Source: an uncultured Phycisphaerales bacterium (GTDB lineage: Bacteria; Planctomycetota; Phycisphaerae; Tepidisphaerales; Tepidisphaeraceae). From it: a DNA stretch of 64,000 bases. Below are positions 52,385-62,116 of the stretch, piece by piece (within the stretch, counting starts at the first letter, position 1; every line of letters begins with the position of its first letter). The translations under genes were made by a program, and so were the position numbers. The notes under the pieces are model-generated. The model was given only the letters and a program-made list of their open reading frames with translations, was not told the origin of the DNA and did not search any database. The DNA is taken from positions 256,001 through 320,000 of the forward strand of contig CAWJPJ010000005.1 of NCBI GenBank assembly GCA_963844715.1, in the 5' to 3' direction.

Positions 52385-54406
52385 CGTGAAGCCGCCAGCT
52401 TTCGCAAATCTTCGACGATCCGGGATATCGGCCGTTGCCAATCCCCGTCGCGCAGCTTGGCGATAGAGGCGCATGCTGGGATACCAAGGCGTGTCGTCGC
52501 GATCCAATAGCCAGCGGAAATCGGTTTTGAAGGGGTTTAGCGTCCAGACGGGTTTTGCCATGGCGCCGGCGAGATGGACGATCGCGGTGTCAACCGCGAT
52601 CGTGAGGTCTAAATTCTCGAGGAGACCCGCGGCGTCGGCGAAGTCGTCCATATCCGCTGTGAGATCGATCAGATCCATTCCCGGCGGCGGTTTTTGGGCG
52701 GCTTCGGGGCCGCGCTGGAGGCTGAAGAATCGCACGTTGGGAATTTTGGCCAATGGGGCGAAAACATCGATGCTGCGGGTGCGCAAATCGGCAAAGAGAG
52801 GGCGGCCGGCCCAGACGAGGCCGACTTTTAAGTCGCCGGCACTTATTTGTCCCCCCTCCCGCATTTGCCCCCTCTCCCTTATTTGTTCCCTCTCGTGCAT
52901 TTGTCCCCTCTCCCTGTACTCGGGGAGAGGGTTAGGGTGAGGGGCAATTCCGGCAGAAGGACCCTCACCCCGGCCCTCTCCCTGAGCACATGGAGAGGGA
53001 GAATACGCGCGGATTTTGGCGGCGAATTTTCTTACGCGATCGGGCGGCGCGACCAGGTATGGGGACGGGCCGGGGATGGTTTCGACTGTCGTCTTGAAGA
53101 TGCGAGGGAGGCTTAGAAGCGGACAGTGGTAATCGAAATCCGGCAGGGGTCGGCCACGCTGGACTAATTGATCGACGCCCGGGATTTGGCGGAAAAGTTC
53201 GAAAAGGGCCGGGAGGCATTCGAGGATGACCTTTGCTCCGCGTTGCGCGGCGAGGGGGACATAGCGGATGAATTGGATCCCGTCGCCGTGGCCGCCTTCG
53301 ACGTGCAGAAGGAGGGTTTTGCCGGCGATGTCCTGGCCGTCCCATTGGGGCTGGCGGAAGCCGCGGTTGAGGCCGGCGGTAAAAACGTTGAGTCGCCATT
53401 CGGATTCTTCCCAGCCTTCGGTCCATTGACCCATGGCAAGGAGCGTGCGGGCGAGGCTCCAGCGGGCGGCGGGTTCGGTTGGATCGATGGCAATGGCTTG
53501 ACGCAGCGCGTCGGCGGCCTCGGCGTTTTGCCCCAGGCCGGATAAGGCGCTGGCGAAACCGGTCAGAGCCGTGGCGAATTTGGGGTCGATCTCAAGGGCG
53601 CGGCGATACCCTTTTATCCCTTCGTCAAAATTTCCCCGAAGACATTGAATCGACGCGATGCCGCAAATGGCGCCAAGATGATTGGGAACAAGCGAGAGGG
53701 TCTTTTGATACGCCTGCATTGCGGGCTGGAGTTGCTGAAGGCTTCGATAAGTAGTGCCGAGATTGTTCCAGGCGTCGCTCCAATCGGGACGGAGGCGCAC
53801 GGTTTCTTCGTAGGCTTTGACGGCGTCGCCGGCGCGGTCGAGGGCTCGCAAGACGTTGGCGCGATTGTATTGTGCTTCGGGGAGATTAGGCGCGATTTCG
53901 CACGCGCGATCGAAAGCGGCCAAAGCTTCGGACATATTACCAGCGGCGGCCAGGGCGGTTCCGAGATTGATGCACGCGGCGGCGTTTTTGGGGTGGATGT
54001 TCAGGAGTTGCCGGGACGCGGCGATCGATTCGGCGAGCTTTCCATCCGACCGCAACGCGACGGCGAGATTGTAAAGGGCCTCGGTGAAGTCAGGCTTGAG
54101 AGCCAGGGCTTGCTGGAACGAGCCGATGGCCTCCGGCAGCCGACCGAGGGCGTTGAGGATCACGCCGAGGTTGTAGTGATAATCGGCGCGGCCAGAGCGG
54201 AGGGCGATGGCTCGCTCCATAATGGGGAGGGCATCAACGGCGTGGCCGAGGGAAAAGGTCGCCATTGCCAAACCATAGAGGGCGTCGGGATGGTCGGGGC
54301 TGGATTGGAGGAGGGTGCGGTACGACTGCCCGGCCTCACTGAAGCGGCCTTCGCGCAGATTCTGTCGCGCGGAATCGAGGGTTTGGCGAACCTCGGCATC
54401 GGTCAC
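52381..54406 (-). CDS. TPR + GT9-like glycosyltransferase carrying an in-frame repeat insertion; frameshift ~52450
   Basis: About nine TPRs; 'EGGHGDGIQFIRY', 'KVGLVWAG', 'VDTAIVHLAGAM', 'TPWYPSMRLYRQ'; corrected stop overlaps the next ATG. Confidence 0.88.
52845..53004. repeat. Intragenic REP-like composite: four 18-bp tandem units plus CCCTCTCCC/GGGAGAGGG hairpins
   Basis: ATTTGYYCCYCTCSYNN-type units at 52845, 52863, 52881 and 52899; two hairpins flanking GGGTGAGGG...CCCTCACCC. Confidence 0.85.
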
Positions 54407-54424
54407 GCGATGAATATTAAGCGA

Positions 54425-54755
54425 TCAGATGGCGGCGTCGAGGGCGTCGCGGAATTCCTTTTCGGCCCTAAGACCCACGAATTTTTGCGCAGACCTGACC
54501 CCCTTTGAATAGAAGAACCGTGGGGATGGCGCTGATTCCGAATTTGCTTGCGGTGGCGTGATTGGCGTCGGTATCAAGCTTGCCAATCTTAATGCGGTTT
54601 GCGTAGTCACCGGCGAGTTTTTCGATGGTGGGAGCAAGCCGGCGGCAGGGTTGGCACCATTCGGCCCAGAAATCGACCAGGACCGGGACTTTCGATTTGA
54701 TCACTTCTTCATCGAAATTCGCATCCGTGAAATGGGCTACATTTTCGTTGGCCAT
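54425..54755 (-). CDS. trxA: Thioredoxin, frameshift ~54515
   Basis: 'VLVDFWAEWCQPC', 'GISAIPT'; tail 'KFVGLRAEKEFRDALD' in ORF 54425..54637. Confidence 0.93.
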
Positions 54756-54963
54756 TGCTGCCGTCTCCTGTGGTTTTTAGGCCGATCGATGATAGAAGTC
54801 GTCAAACCCAGTGTCAAACGGGCCCATCCTGGGCAGGTATTCAATTCCATTTATTCCACTTGGGGAGATTAGTGGCGCGGAATCTTTGCCGGAAATGGGG
54901 TTGGATTAATTTTTTGAGTATTGGTTTTTAGCTCGGACGGTATAGTGAGAACCCGGAAAAAAG

Positions 54964-55874
54964 ATGTCGGGTCAAGCGTCGCAGAGCGTGAGGTACCCGG
55001 CGGTTGCCGGGCTCTTTTATCCGGATGGAGCCGAGGAATGCCGCGCGGCGGCGGGAAAGCTGCTTGAGGCGGGAACTAGCGAAGCGGCGAAACAGAGCGC
55101 GGAATTTGGATCGCCGGTAGTTGGGGCGATCGTTCCGCACGCGGGATGGATTTGCAGCGGCGCGGTCGCGGCGGAGGCGATCGCGGCGGCTGCGAGGCGA
55201 TGTCCATCGCCGGATTTGGTCGTGGTATTCGGCGCGATTCACACGCCGATCCCGATCCAGACCGGCGCGCTCGACTCCCACGAGCGGTGGGCGATGCCTG
55301 GAGAGGTTTTGACGGTGACGACGGAGTTGCGCGATCGGCTGGGAGCGGATCGCGGCATGTTTGTCGTGGATGACCGGTTTCATAGCCGGGAGCACGCGGT
55401 GGAAGTGGAGTTGCCGCTGGTTCGGATGGCTTGGCCGCAGGCGGCGATATTGCCGGTCGAGACGCCGCCAATCGCCAAAGCGGCGGAGATGGGTATAGCG
55501 GTCGCGCGGCGCGTGCAGGAGATGGGCTTGTCAGCGGTGTATCTGGCAAGCAGCGATTTAACGCATTACGGGCCGAGCTACCGGTTTACGCCCGCCGGAG
55601 TGGGCCCGGCGGGCTTGGACTGGGCGATGGAAAATGACAGGAAAATGCTGGCCGCAGTGGCCTCGATGGAACCCGAGAAGGTAATTGTCGAAGCGGCCGC
55701 GCATTTGAATGCGTGCGGCGCGGGTGCGATAGCGGCCATGATGGCCGCATGCCAGGTTTCGGGGGCCACGGAGGCCCGCATATTGAAGCACACCAATAGT
55801 TATCAGACCTTGGCGCTGTCGCGCCGCAGACCCCGGAGAACGCCGTGGGGTATGCCGCGGTTATGCTGGGATGA
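54964..55874 (+). CDS. AmmeMemoRadiSam system protein B (MEMO1 family), frameshift ~55815
   Basis: 'RYPAVAGLFYP', 'IVPHAGWICSG', 'EHAVEVELP', 'ASSDLTHYG', 'NACG', corrected tail 'VGYAAV'. Confidence 0.9.
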
Positions 55875-55930
55875 GAGGGGGCTCGCGACGAGCCCCTCGC
55901 TTGCCCTCCCCCGGACCACCGGGGGAGGGC
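55875..55930. repeat. Double hairpin downstream of the MEMO1-like gene
   Basis: GAGGGGGCTCG..CGAGCCCCTC and GCCCTCCCCCGG-ACCA-CCGGGGGAGGGC; resembles the 52905-53000 element. Confidence 0.6.
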
Positions 55931-56099
55931 GTAAACGCAAGACGTGGGATTTGAGAAACGGAAGATGGGAAAGATGTTGTTCGCCGGCGACATTCGGAAC
56001 AGTTGTTGCGACCGGAATGTTGCGCCAACCCCACTTGCTGGGGTGAAAACCGGCGTGATTGACGGAAAGGTTTCAAGGAGCATGCGGACGGCATGGGTC

Positions 56100-56115
56100 T
56101 GGCCCGACCTTTGCC
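56100..56115 (+). promoter_or_regulatory. Putative sigma54 (-24/-12) promoter
   Basis: TGGCCCGACCTTTGC versus consensus TGGCACG-N4-TTGC; ~30 nt upstream of the ATG, which has a GGAGG RBS. Confidence 0.55.
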
Positions 56116-56143
56116 TATTAGGTCCGGCATAGCGGGAGGGAAG

Positions 56144-56419
56144 ATGTATATGAATGAACAGGAATTTCAATCCAAGTTGGCGGAACTGATGGGTGAGATC
56201 AGTACGCTTCCGCCGAGCGAAAGGCAAAAGCTGGAGAAGCTTGCCGACGAGACCCGCGCCCGCCACGAGCGCCTGCGGCAGACGGTGAGTAGTCTCCAGG
56301 AGAGCCTGGACTATCTGCGTCTGAGCATCAAGTATCTGGTATTCGATCTCGAGGCGACACGCCGGGAGAACGGGTATCTCCGCAAGATGCTTGAAGAGAC
56401 GACCGGCGGCGCGGATTAA
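56144..56419 (+). CDS. Small coiled-coil protein of a conserved planctomycete type
   Basis: 'LQESLDYLRLSIKYLVFDLEATRREN'; GGAGG RBS. Confidence 0.8.
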   Translation: MYMNEQEFQSKLAELMGEISTLPPSERQKLEKLADETRARHERLRQTVSSLQESLDYLRLSIKYLVFDLEATRRENGYLRKMLEETTGGAD

Positions 56420-56489
56420 GCTTTGCCACTGCTCGATTCTCGCAAAATAGCATTTACCGTTGTTGACCACCCTTGATTGCATGGAGTAA

Positions 56490-56525
56490 GCCGGCGGCGT
56501 TCCCAGCGCCGCCGGCATGTTTTTG
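56490..56525 (+). terminator. Intrinsic terminator
   Basis: GCCGGCGGCG-N7-CGCCGCCGGC followed by ATGTTTTT. Confidence 0.7.
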
Positions 56526-56629
56526 CGCGAGTTTTGCCCCCCTGACCCCGTTTATTTCGCGATATTGCGCAAACTGCCGATAGTTGCCTTGGCGGCCGAT
56601 TGACACTTAAATCGACCTGAGGCAAGCGT

Positions 56630-57594
56630 ATGCGCGGATATCGAATCATAGTGGCGGCGGTGGGGCTGCGCTCCTGGGGGGGGAGATGGGACGGGTTGCG
56701 TGGTGCGATTCGACCGATTCGACGCCGCCCGCGGAGCAGATGCTGAACGAGATGCTTCAGCCGACGGCTTCGACGACACAACCCTCAGCAACCCTGACGT
56801 CCCAACCTGGCGCGACGGTTCTTCATCCCGATGGATATAAAGACGCGACGGGTCCGGTCGCTGCTGCGTGAAGGATCGACGATCGTGGACCGGACGGGGT
56901 GGGTGCGAACGGTGGCGGACAGCCCATATCCGCAGTTTGTATTTGACGACAGCGAGGGGCCGACCATTCAACCGATGTTTGTGCTGCCGAATCTGCGACT
57001 GATGCAGATCGAGGATGCGGTGTCGGTGACGAAATCGACGCTGCGATTTACGGTTTCGGGGACAGTGACGGAATACAAAGGGGCGAATTACATCCTGCTG
57101 GAGTCGCAACCGGCCGTGGACAGCCGGGAACTGGTGCCGGGGATGGAGCCGCCCCCCACGACGAACCCGGGATCGGCGGATCAGATGCTGGACCAGATGT
57201 TGTCGCGCGATTCGCAGCGGCGCGCCGCCGCTGCCGCGGCCGGCGGCGAACATGACGGATCAGACCAGTGGCGGAGGCTCAGTGGCGCCGGCGGCGCCGG
57301 TGCTCAACGTCGTAAAGGAAGGGTCGCAGGTCATCGATCGCACCGGGAGGCTGACGCGCAGCCCGGACGGGCGGCAGTTTGAATTCACGTTCGATTCCGA
57401 CGGATCGGCGCTCCAGGATGCGCCGCTGCTGATTCTGCCGAATTTGAAACTGGCTACGATGGAGTCGGCGGTATCCGGGGCGACTCGAGATCTTGCATTT
57501 TCGCGTGACGGGGCTGATCACCGAATTCCGCGGGCGCAACTGCATCCTGCTGGAAAAAGTGGTTGTCATTCCCGACACGGTTCAGCAATTTTAA
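56630..57594 (+). CDS. Hypothetical secreted protein with two copies of a ~95-aa domain, frameshifted
   Basis: 'EGSTIVDRTG...FVFD...VLPNLRL...F.VSGTVTEYKGANYILLE' and 'EGSQVIDRTG...FTFD...ILPNLKL...VTGLITEFRGRNCILLE'. Confidence 0.65.
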
Positions 57595-57639
57595 TAGCCG
57601 CTTCTAATTCCCACCGTTTAGTGGAAAATCAGTGCCAAT

Positions 57640-59244
57640 ATGATTTTCGGGTCGCCGAACTGGCTGGTGGGACTGGTCGCATGGCTGCTGCTGGCGGCGT
57701 GGATGCTGTGGGGCCGCTGGCCGAGGGCGGTGGTGCCATATTTGCCACTGTGGCTGACAGGTCAGCCGGCGGAACGGCCGCGCTGGCAGATGGAGATGCC
57801 GCCCAAGGCGATCCTGGCCCTGCTGGGAGCGGGGGCGCTGGCGAATATTGGCGGCAGGCGAGCCGGCAGTTTATGGGGCGTGCGGGGACGGACCGGAAGG
57901 TGACAGTCATCGTGGACCGCGGGCTGACGATGTCGGGAGTGCCCGAGGGAGGAGAAAGACGATATGTTCAGGCGACGCTTTCGGCGGAATCGCGCGATCG
58001 ACGACGTCGCGCCGGGGCAAAAATAATCTTGAAACTGGTTCCGCCGATGCCGGGGTCATCGGAGGGCAGTTCCGTTGAGTCGATTGACCTTGCTCTGCCG
58101 ACGGCGTTGGCTGATCCCGACGCCTTGGCGCTGGCGGCGCGGCGGGCCATCGCCAACACCCCGGGACTGGTCGTGCTGGTGAGCAATCAACTCGTGCCGG
58201 TGGAGGATCCGCGGCTCGTGCAGGTGACTCCGGATCAGGCCATGAACGGGGTGGGGATCGACTCCTTGCAAGTTGTGGGGGTTCCACGGCCACAGGCGAT
58301 GGTGCGGATTGCCAACGAGTCGGATTTGAGTGAGGCGACGCTTTCGATCCATTCGGACGGGCAGACGATTGAGGACGAAATCAAGCTGCCGGATCGGGGA
58401 GGGGCGAAGAACTATTTCATGGATTTGCCCAGCGCGGGGAAGGTGATCGAGGCGGATCTGTCGGCGGAAGGGGATTCGCTCGTGGATCAGAAAGCCTGGT
58501 CGGTTCAGCGGTCGGTGTGGCCGAAGATCGAGGCGGATACGGGGATTGTGCCCGAACTGACGAAGATGATCGATGTGTATGGCCGGCTTCGCCCGGCGGG
58601 GGCGGATTCCACAACCGTGACAGTGACGACTGCGCCACGCGAGCTGAATCGTGAAGCGGCGGTCGCGGTACTGGCTCAATCCGCAGCCGGATGATGTGCC
58701 GGTGCAGGTATCGCAGGGATTGGTGGTGGCGAAGGGGCCGCTTTCGACCGAGGGGGTGAACTGGGACGATGTGCTCGCGGATGCGACGGCGGCGCACGTG
58801 GGACCGGAGGGGGATTGGGAGCCGGTCGTGTCGGCCGGGAAATTTGTGCTGGTGGCGATCCGGGAACATCCAGTGCGCCAAGTTTGGATTGGATTTCAAG
58901 CGGCTGGATTTTCAGATCGAGCGGACTTCGTTGTTTTCTGGAGTGAAATATTTAATTGGTTGGGCAAGGCCGGTCCGGTCTATAGCGCACAGACGATCCC
59001 CTCGCCGAACGGGGATTGGGTCCCGATTTTGTCGCACTCGGCGGATGGCAGCGTGACGGCATACAACGCGCCGCCGATGCCGGAGCATCTGGTGGATCAT
59101 CTGGAATGGCGCGACAATCTTGGGAAAGTTGCCGCCGCGCCTGCGAGTCGGGGAGAGGCCGCTGGCGGGGTTGACTGCTGCTCGGGGCGCTGGCGCTATG
59201 CTGCCTGGCGGCGGCAACGTGGCCGGCTGCCAAAGTGCCGATGA
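57640..59244 (+). CDS. BatA/vWA-like membrane-associated hypothetical protein, frameshifted
   Basis: N-terminal 'MIFGSPNWLVGL...W' TM pair, 'VIVDRGLTM' degenerate MIDAS, late 'DFVVFWSEIFNWL'. Confidence 0.5.
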
Positions 59245-59339
59245 AAGCGTCGCGGCGTGGCGAAATTCAAGGCGAGGATGGGGGGCGAGCGGGGCGTCAT
59301 TGACAGGGTTTTGCGGGGGGCGTACTTTCTCGAGTAAGC

Positions 59340-59701
59340 ATGGCAGAAGCAATACCTTCGATTTCCGTAACGACTCAGCGGGATATTCGTATCGTTGAAT
59401 TTACGCATAGCAAGATTCTCGACGAGGCAAACATTTCCGATATCGGTCAGACCTTGACGGCATTGGTGGAAGAGAACGATCCGCCCCGGCTGCTGCTCGA
59501 TTTTTCCAATGTCGAACATCTGTCCTCGGCGGCGCTGGGGATGCTGATCAACTTAACAATCTGATCAAACAGAAAAACGGGCAGTTGCGCCTGGCGAATA
59601 TCAAGCCGCAGATATTACGAGGTTTTTGTCATCACGAAGCTGAACAAGCTGTTCCGCATCTGGCCGACGCGGAAGGAAGCGCTGGATAGCTTCGAACAGT
59701 G
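59340..59701 (+). CDS. STAS-domain anti-sigma-factor antagonist, frameshifted
   Basis: 'LLLDFSNVEHLSSAALGMLI', later 'GQLRLANIKPQI', 'VFVITKLNKLFRI'. Confidence 0.88.
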
Positions 59702-59718
59702 AATATCGTTGTAAGCAC

Positions 59719-60153
59719 ATGGCAGCCGCTTCGGGTGTCCTCAAATTCGCCATCGAGTCTGATTACAGCTCGGCCCAAAATGTTCAACAAGCCATCCTCG
59801 ATGAAGTGAAGCGGCGGAAGTTCAATCCCGCGGCGGAGTTTGCCATCCAGGTGGCCCTGCACGAGGCGCTGACCAACGCGATCAAGCACGGCAACCAGAT
59901 GAAAGATAAGAAGAAGGTCGCCATCACCGCGAAAATTGGATCAAAGCCGCGGCGGAAATCGTCGTGGAGGACGAAGGGGGCGGGTTCGATCCGCAAGGCG
60001 GTGCCCGATCCGACGCTGGATTGCAATATTCTGCGCCCGAGCGGCCGGGGGATTCATCTGATTGAAACGTACATGGATGAGGTACAGTGGAGCCGGGGGG
60101 GAAGACGAGTGAAAATGGTGCGGCGGAACGGTCCTGACGCGGGGCTAGAATGA
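59719..60153 (+). CDS. RsbW/SpoIIAB-like anti-sigma factor Ser kinase (local frameshifts ~59945-59985)
   Basis: 'ALHEALTNAIKHGN', off-frame 'VEDEGAGFD', 'PSGRGIHLIETYMDEV'. Confidence 0.88.
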   Translation: MAAASGVLKFAIESDYSSAQNVQQAILDEVKRRKFNPAAEFAIQVALHEALTNAIKHGNQMKDKKKVAITAKIGSKPRRKSSWRTKGAGSIRKAVPDPTLDCNILRPSGRGIHLIETYMDEVQWSRGGRRVKMVRRNGPDAGLE

Positions 60154-60190
60154 GCAGGCATTCGGGGCCGCGGGTTGGCGGCGACTCACC

Positions 60191-61398
60191 ATGATCATTC
60201 CACTGCGAACAGACGTTCCGATGCGGCGCACTCCCTGGATGAACTGGGGACTGATCCCGCCAACGTGGCGGTATTCGTCGTTACCAGCTACGCGGGGGAC
60301 AGGGGCACGCGGGACTGCTTTATCATGGGGAGCCGATCAAGCAGGCGTTTGCGCTCTGAATCCGCGGGCGCCGAGCTTTGGCAATACTTCACGTATCAAT
60401 TCCTGCACGAGAACTGGCTGCACATTCTGGGGAACATGGTGTTCCTGTACATCTTTGGGAACAATATCAACGATCGAATGGGGCACCTTGGATATCTGGC
60501 GTTTTACCTTGCCGGGGGGGTGATGGCGGGAGTGGGGCACGTGCTCTTCAGTCATCAGCCGGTGATTGGGGCGAGCGGCGCGGTAGCGGCGGTGACGGGG
60601 GCGTTTTTGATCCTTTTGCCGCGGGCGAACATTACGGTGTTTTATTTCTTCTTCCTGTTTGGAGAGCTGGAAATTCCCGGGCTTTGGTTTGTGCTGTTTA
60701 TGTTCGGGCAGGATGTGATCGGGGCGATCTGGCCCAATTGGATGGGAGGCGCGAGGCGGTGGCGCATGCGGCGCACGTGAGCGGGACGGTCTTCGGCGCA
60801 ACGCTGAGCATCGCGCTGCTGGCGACGGGATTGTTGCCGCGCGATCAATTTGATGTCTGGTCCCTCCTGATGCGATGGAATCGGCGGCGGCAATTCAAGG
60901 ATATGGTGAGCCAGGGGTACAACCCGTTTGGATATACGCCGGAGCCGGGCCCGGTGGATCCGCGCCCGCAAACGGTTGATCCGCGTAGCAGCAGGCTGCT
61001 CGATTTGCGAGCCGAAATCAGCGAGGCGATCGCGCACCATAATCTGCCGCACGCGGCGTATTTGTTTCTCGAACTGAAGAAACTGGACCCAAACCAGGTC
61101 TTGTCGCGGCAGGCGCAACTGGACGTGGCGAATCAACTGGCGAGCCAACAATTTTATGCGCAGGCGGCGGAGGCATACGAGCAGTTCCTTTCACACTATC
61201 CCAATTTTGACCAGATCGAGCAGGTGGAGCTGATGCTTGGCGTGATTTACGCCCGGTATTTGCAGCATTACGAGCGGCACGGCAGCTTTTGTTGCGGCGC
61301 TGGCGCGACTGCATGGGGAGCAGCAAATTTCGTGGGCGCGGGCGGAACTGGCGCGGATCGAGCCGCTGATCGCGTCGCGACATACGCCGCAGGTCTAA
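60191..61398 (+). CDS. Rhomboid intramembrane serine protease with C-terminal TPR region, frameshifted
   Basis: 'MIIPLRTD', 'FLHENWLHILGNMVFL', 'IGASGAVAAV' (Ser), 'VAHAAHVSG' (His), TPR 'AAEAYEQFLSHYP'. Confidence 0.85.
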
Positions 61399-61406
61399 AC
61401 TTCGAC

Positions 61407-62101
61407 ATGGTTTCCCTTGCCAAACGCCGACGGGAAGCGGAATGGATGGACGATCCCGGCGCCGACCCGGCGGTGCTGAGGAGCAGCCTGCGATTTATCC
61501 GGCGGATTAACTTTTGGCTGGGGTACACGCGGGCGACGGTGGGGCATCTGAAACAATTCAGCCGGCGGTGGAAGAAGGGAGAGACCATCCGCATCGTGGA
61601 CCTGGCGACGGGGTCGGCGGATGTGCCTCGGGCGATCTTGAACTGGGCGAAAAAGAGGGGTGGGATGTGCGAGTTGTGGGAGTGGATCGGCACGCCACCA
61701 CGGCGGACGCGGCTCGCGGCAACGAGGCGAACTTGCAGATCGTGCAGGGGGACGTGTTGAACATGCCGTTCGCGGACGGCGCGTTCGACTACGCCATCAC
61801 CGGCATGTTTCTGCATCATCTCGATGATGAAGAAGTGGTCCGGGTCTTGAAGGCGATGGATCGGATTTCGCGGCGCGGAGTGGTTGTGGCGGATTTGCTC
61901 CGACATCGGCGGGCGTACATTTGGATCAAGGTGATCACCGCGATGTCCAATCCGATGGTGCGGCATGACGCGGCGGTGAGCGTGGCGCAGGCGTTTACCG
62001 AGGCGGAAGTCATGGCGCTGCGCGATCGGGCAGGCTTGGGATATGCCCAGTTTTACCGGCACTTCGGACACCGATTCGTTCTGGCGGGGGAAAAGGAATA
62101 A
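61407..62101 (+). CDS. SAM-dependent methyltransferase, frameshift ~61655
   Basis: 'EWMDDP', 'RINFWLG', 'VDLATGSAD', 'FLHHL', 'VADLLR', 'RHDAAVSV..AFT'. Confidence 0.85.
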
Positions 62102-62116
62102 GCGCGGGAAAGACGG

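Noticed and set aside
52055..54406. 783-aa TPR-GT-TPR fusion as listed in the ORF track
   Set aside because: An indel near 52450 joins two genes; the corrected frame stops at 52381, overlapping the next ATG as in the paralogous unit
54964..55874. Complete AmmeMemoRadiSam system
   Set aside because: Only protein B is present; no protein A or radical SAM gene in the window
60378..61760. Rhomboid/TPR-methyltransferase fusion
   Set aside because: Caused by frameshifts; the TPR frame stops at 61398 and the methyltransferase has its own ATG at 61407
61407..62101. Type III polyketide cluster suggested by this methyltransferase type
   Set aside because: No PKS or flavin oxidoreductase gene nearby
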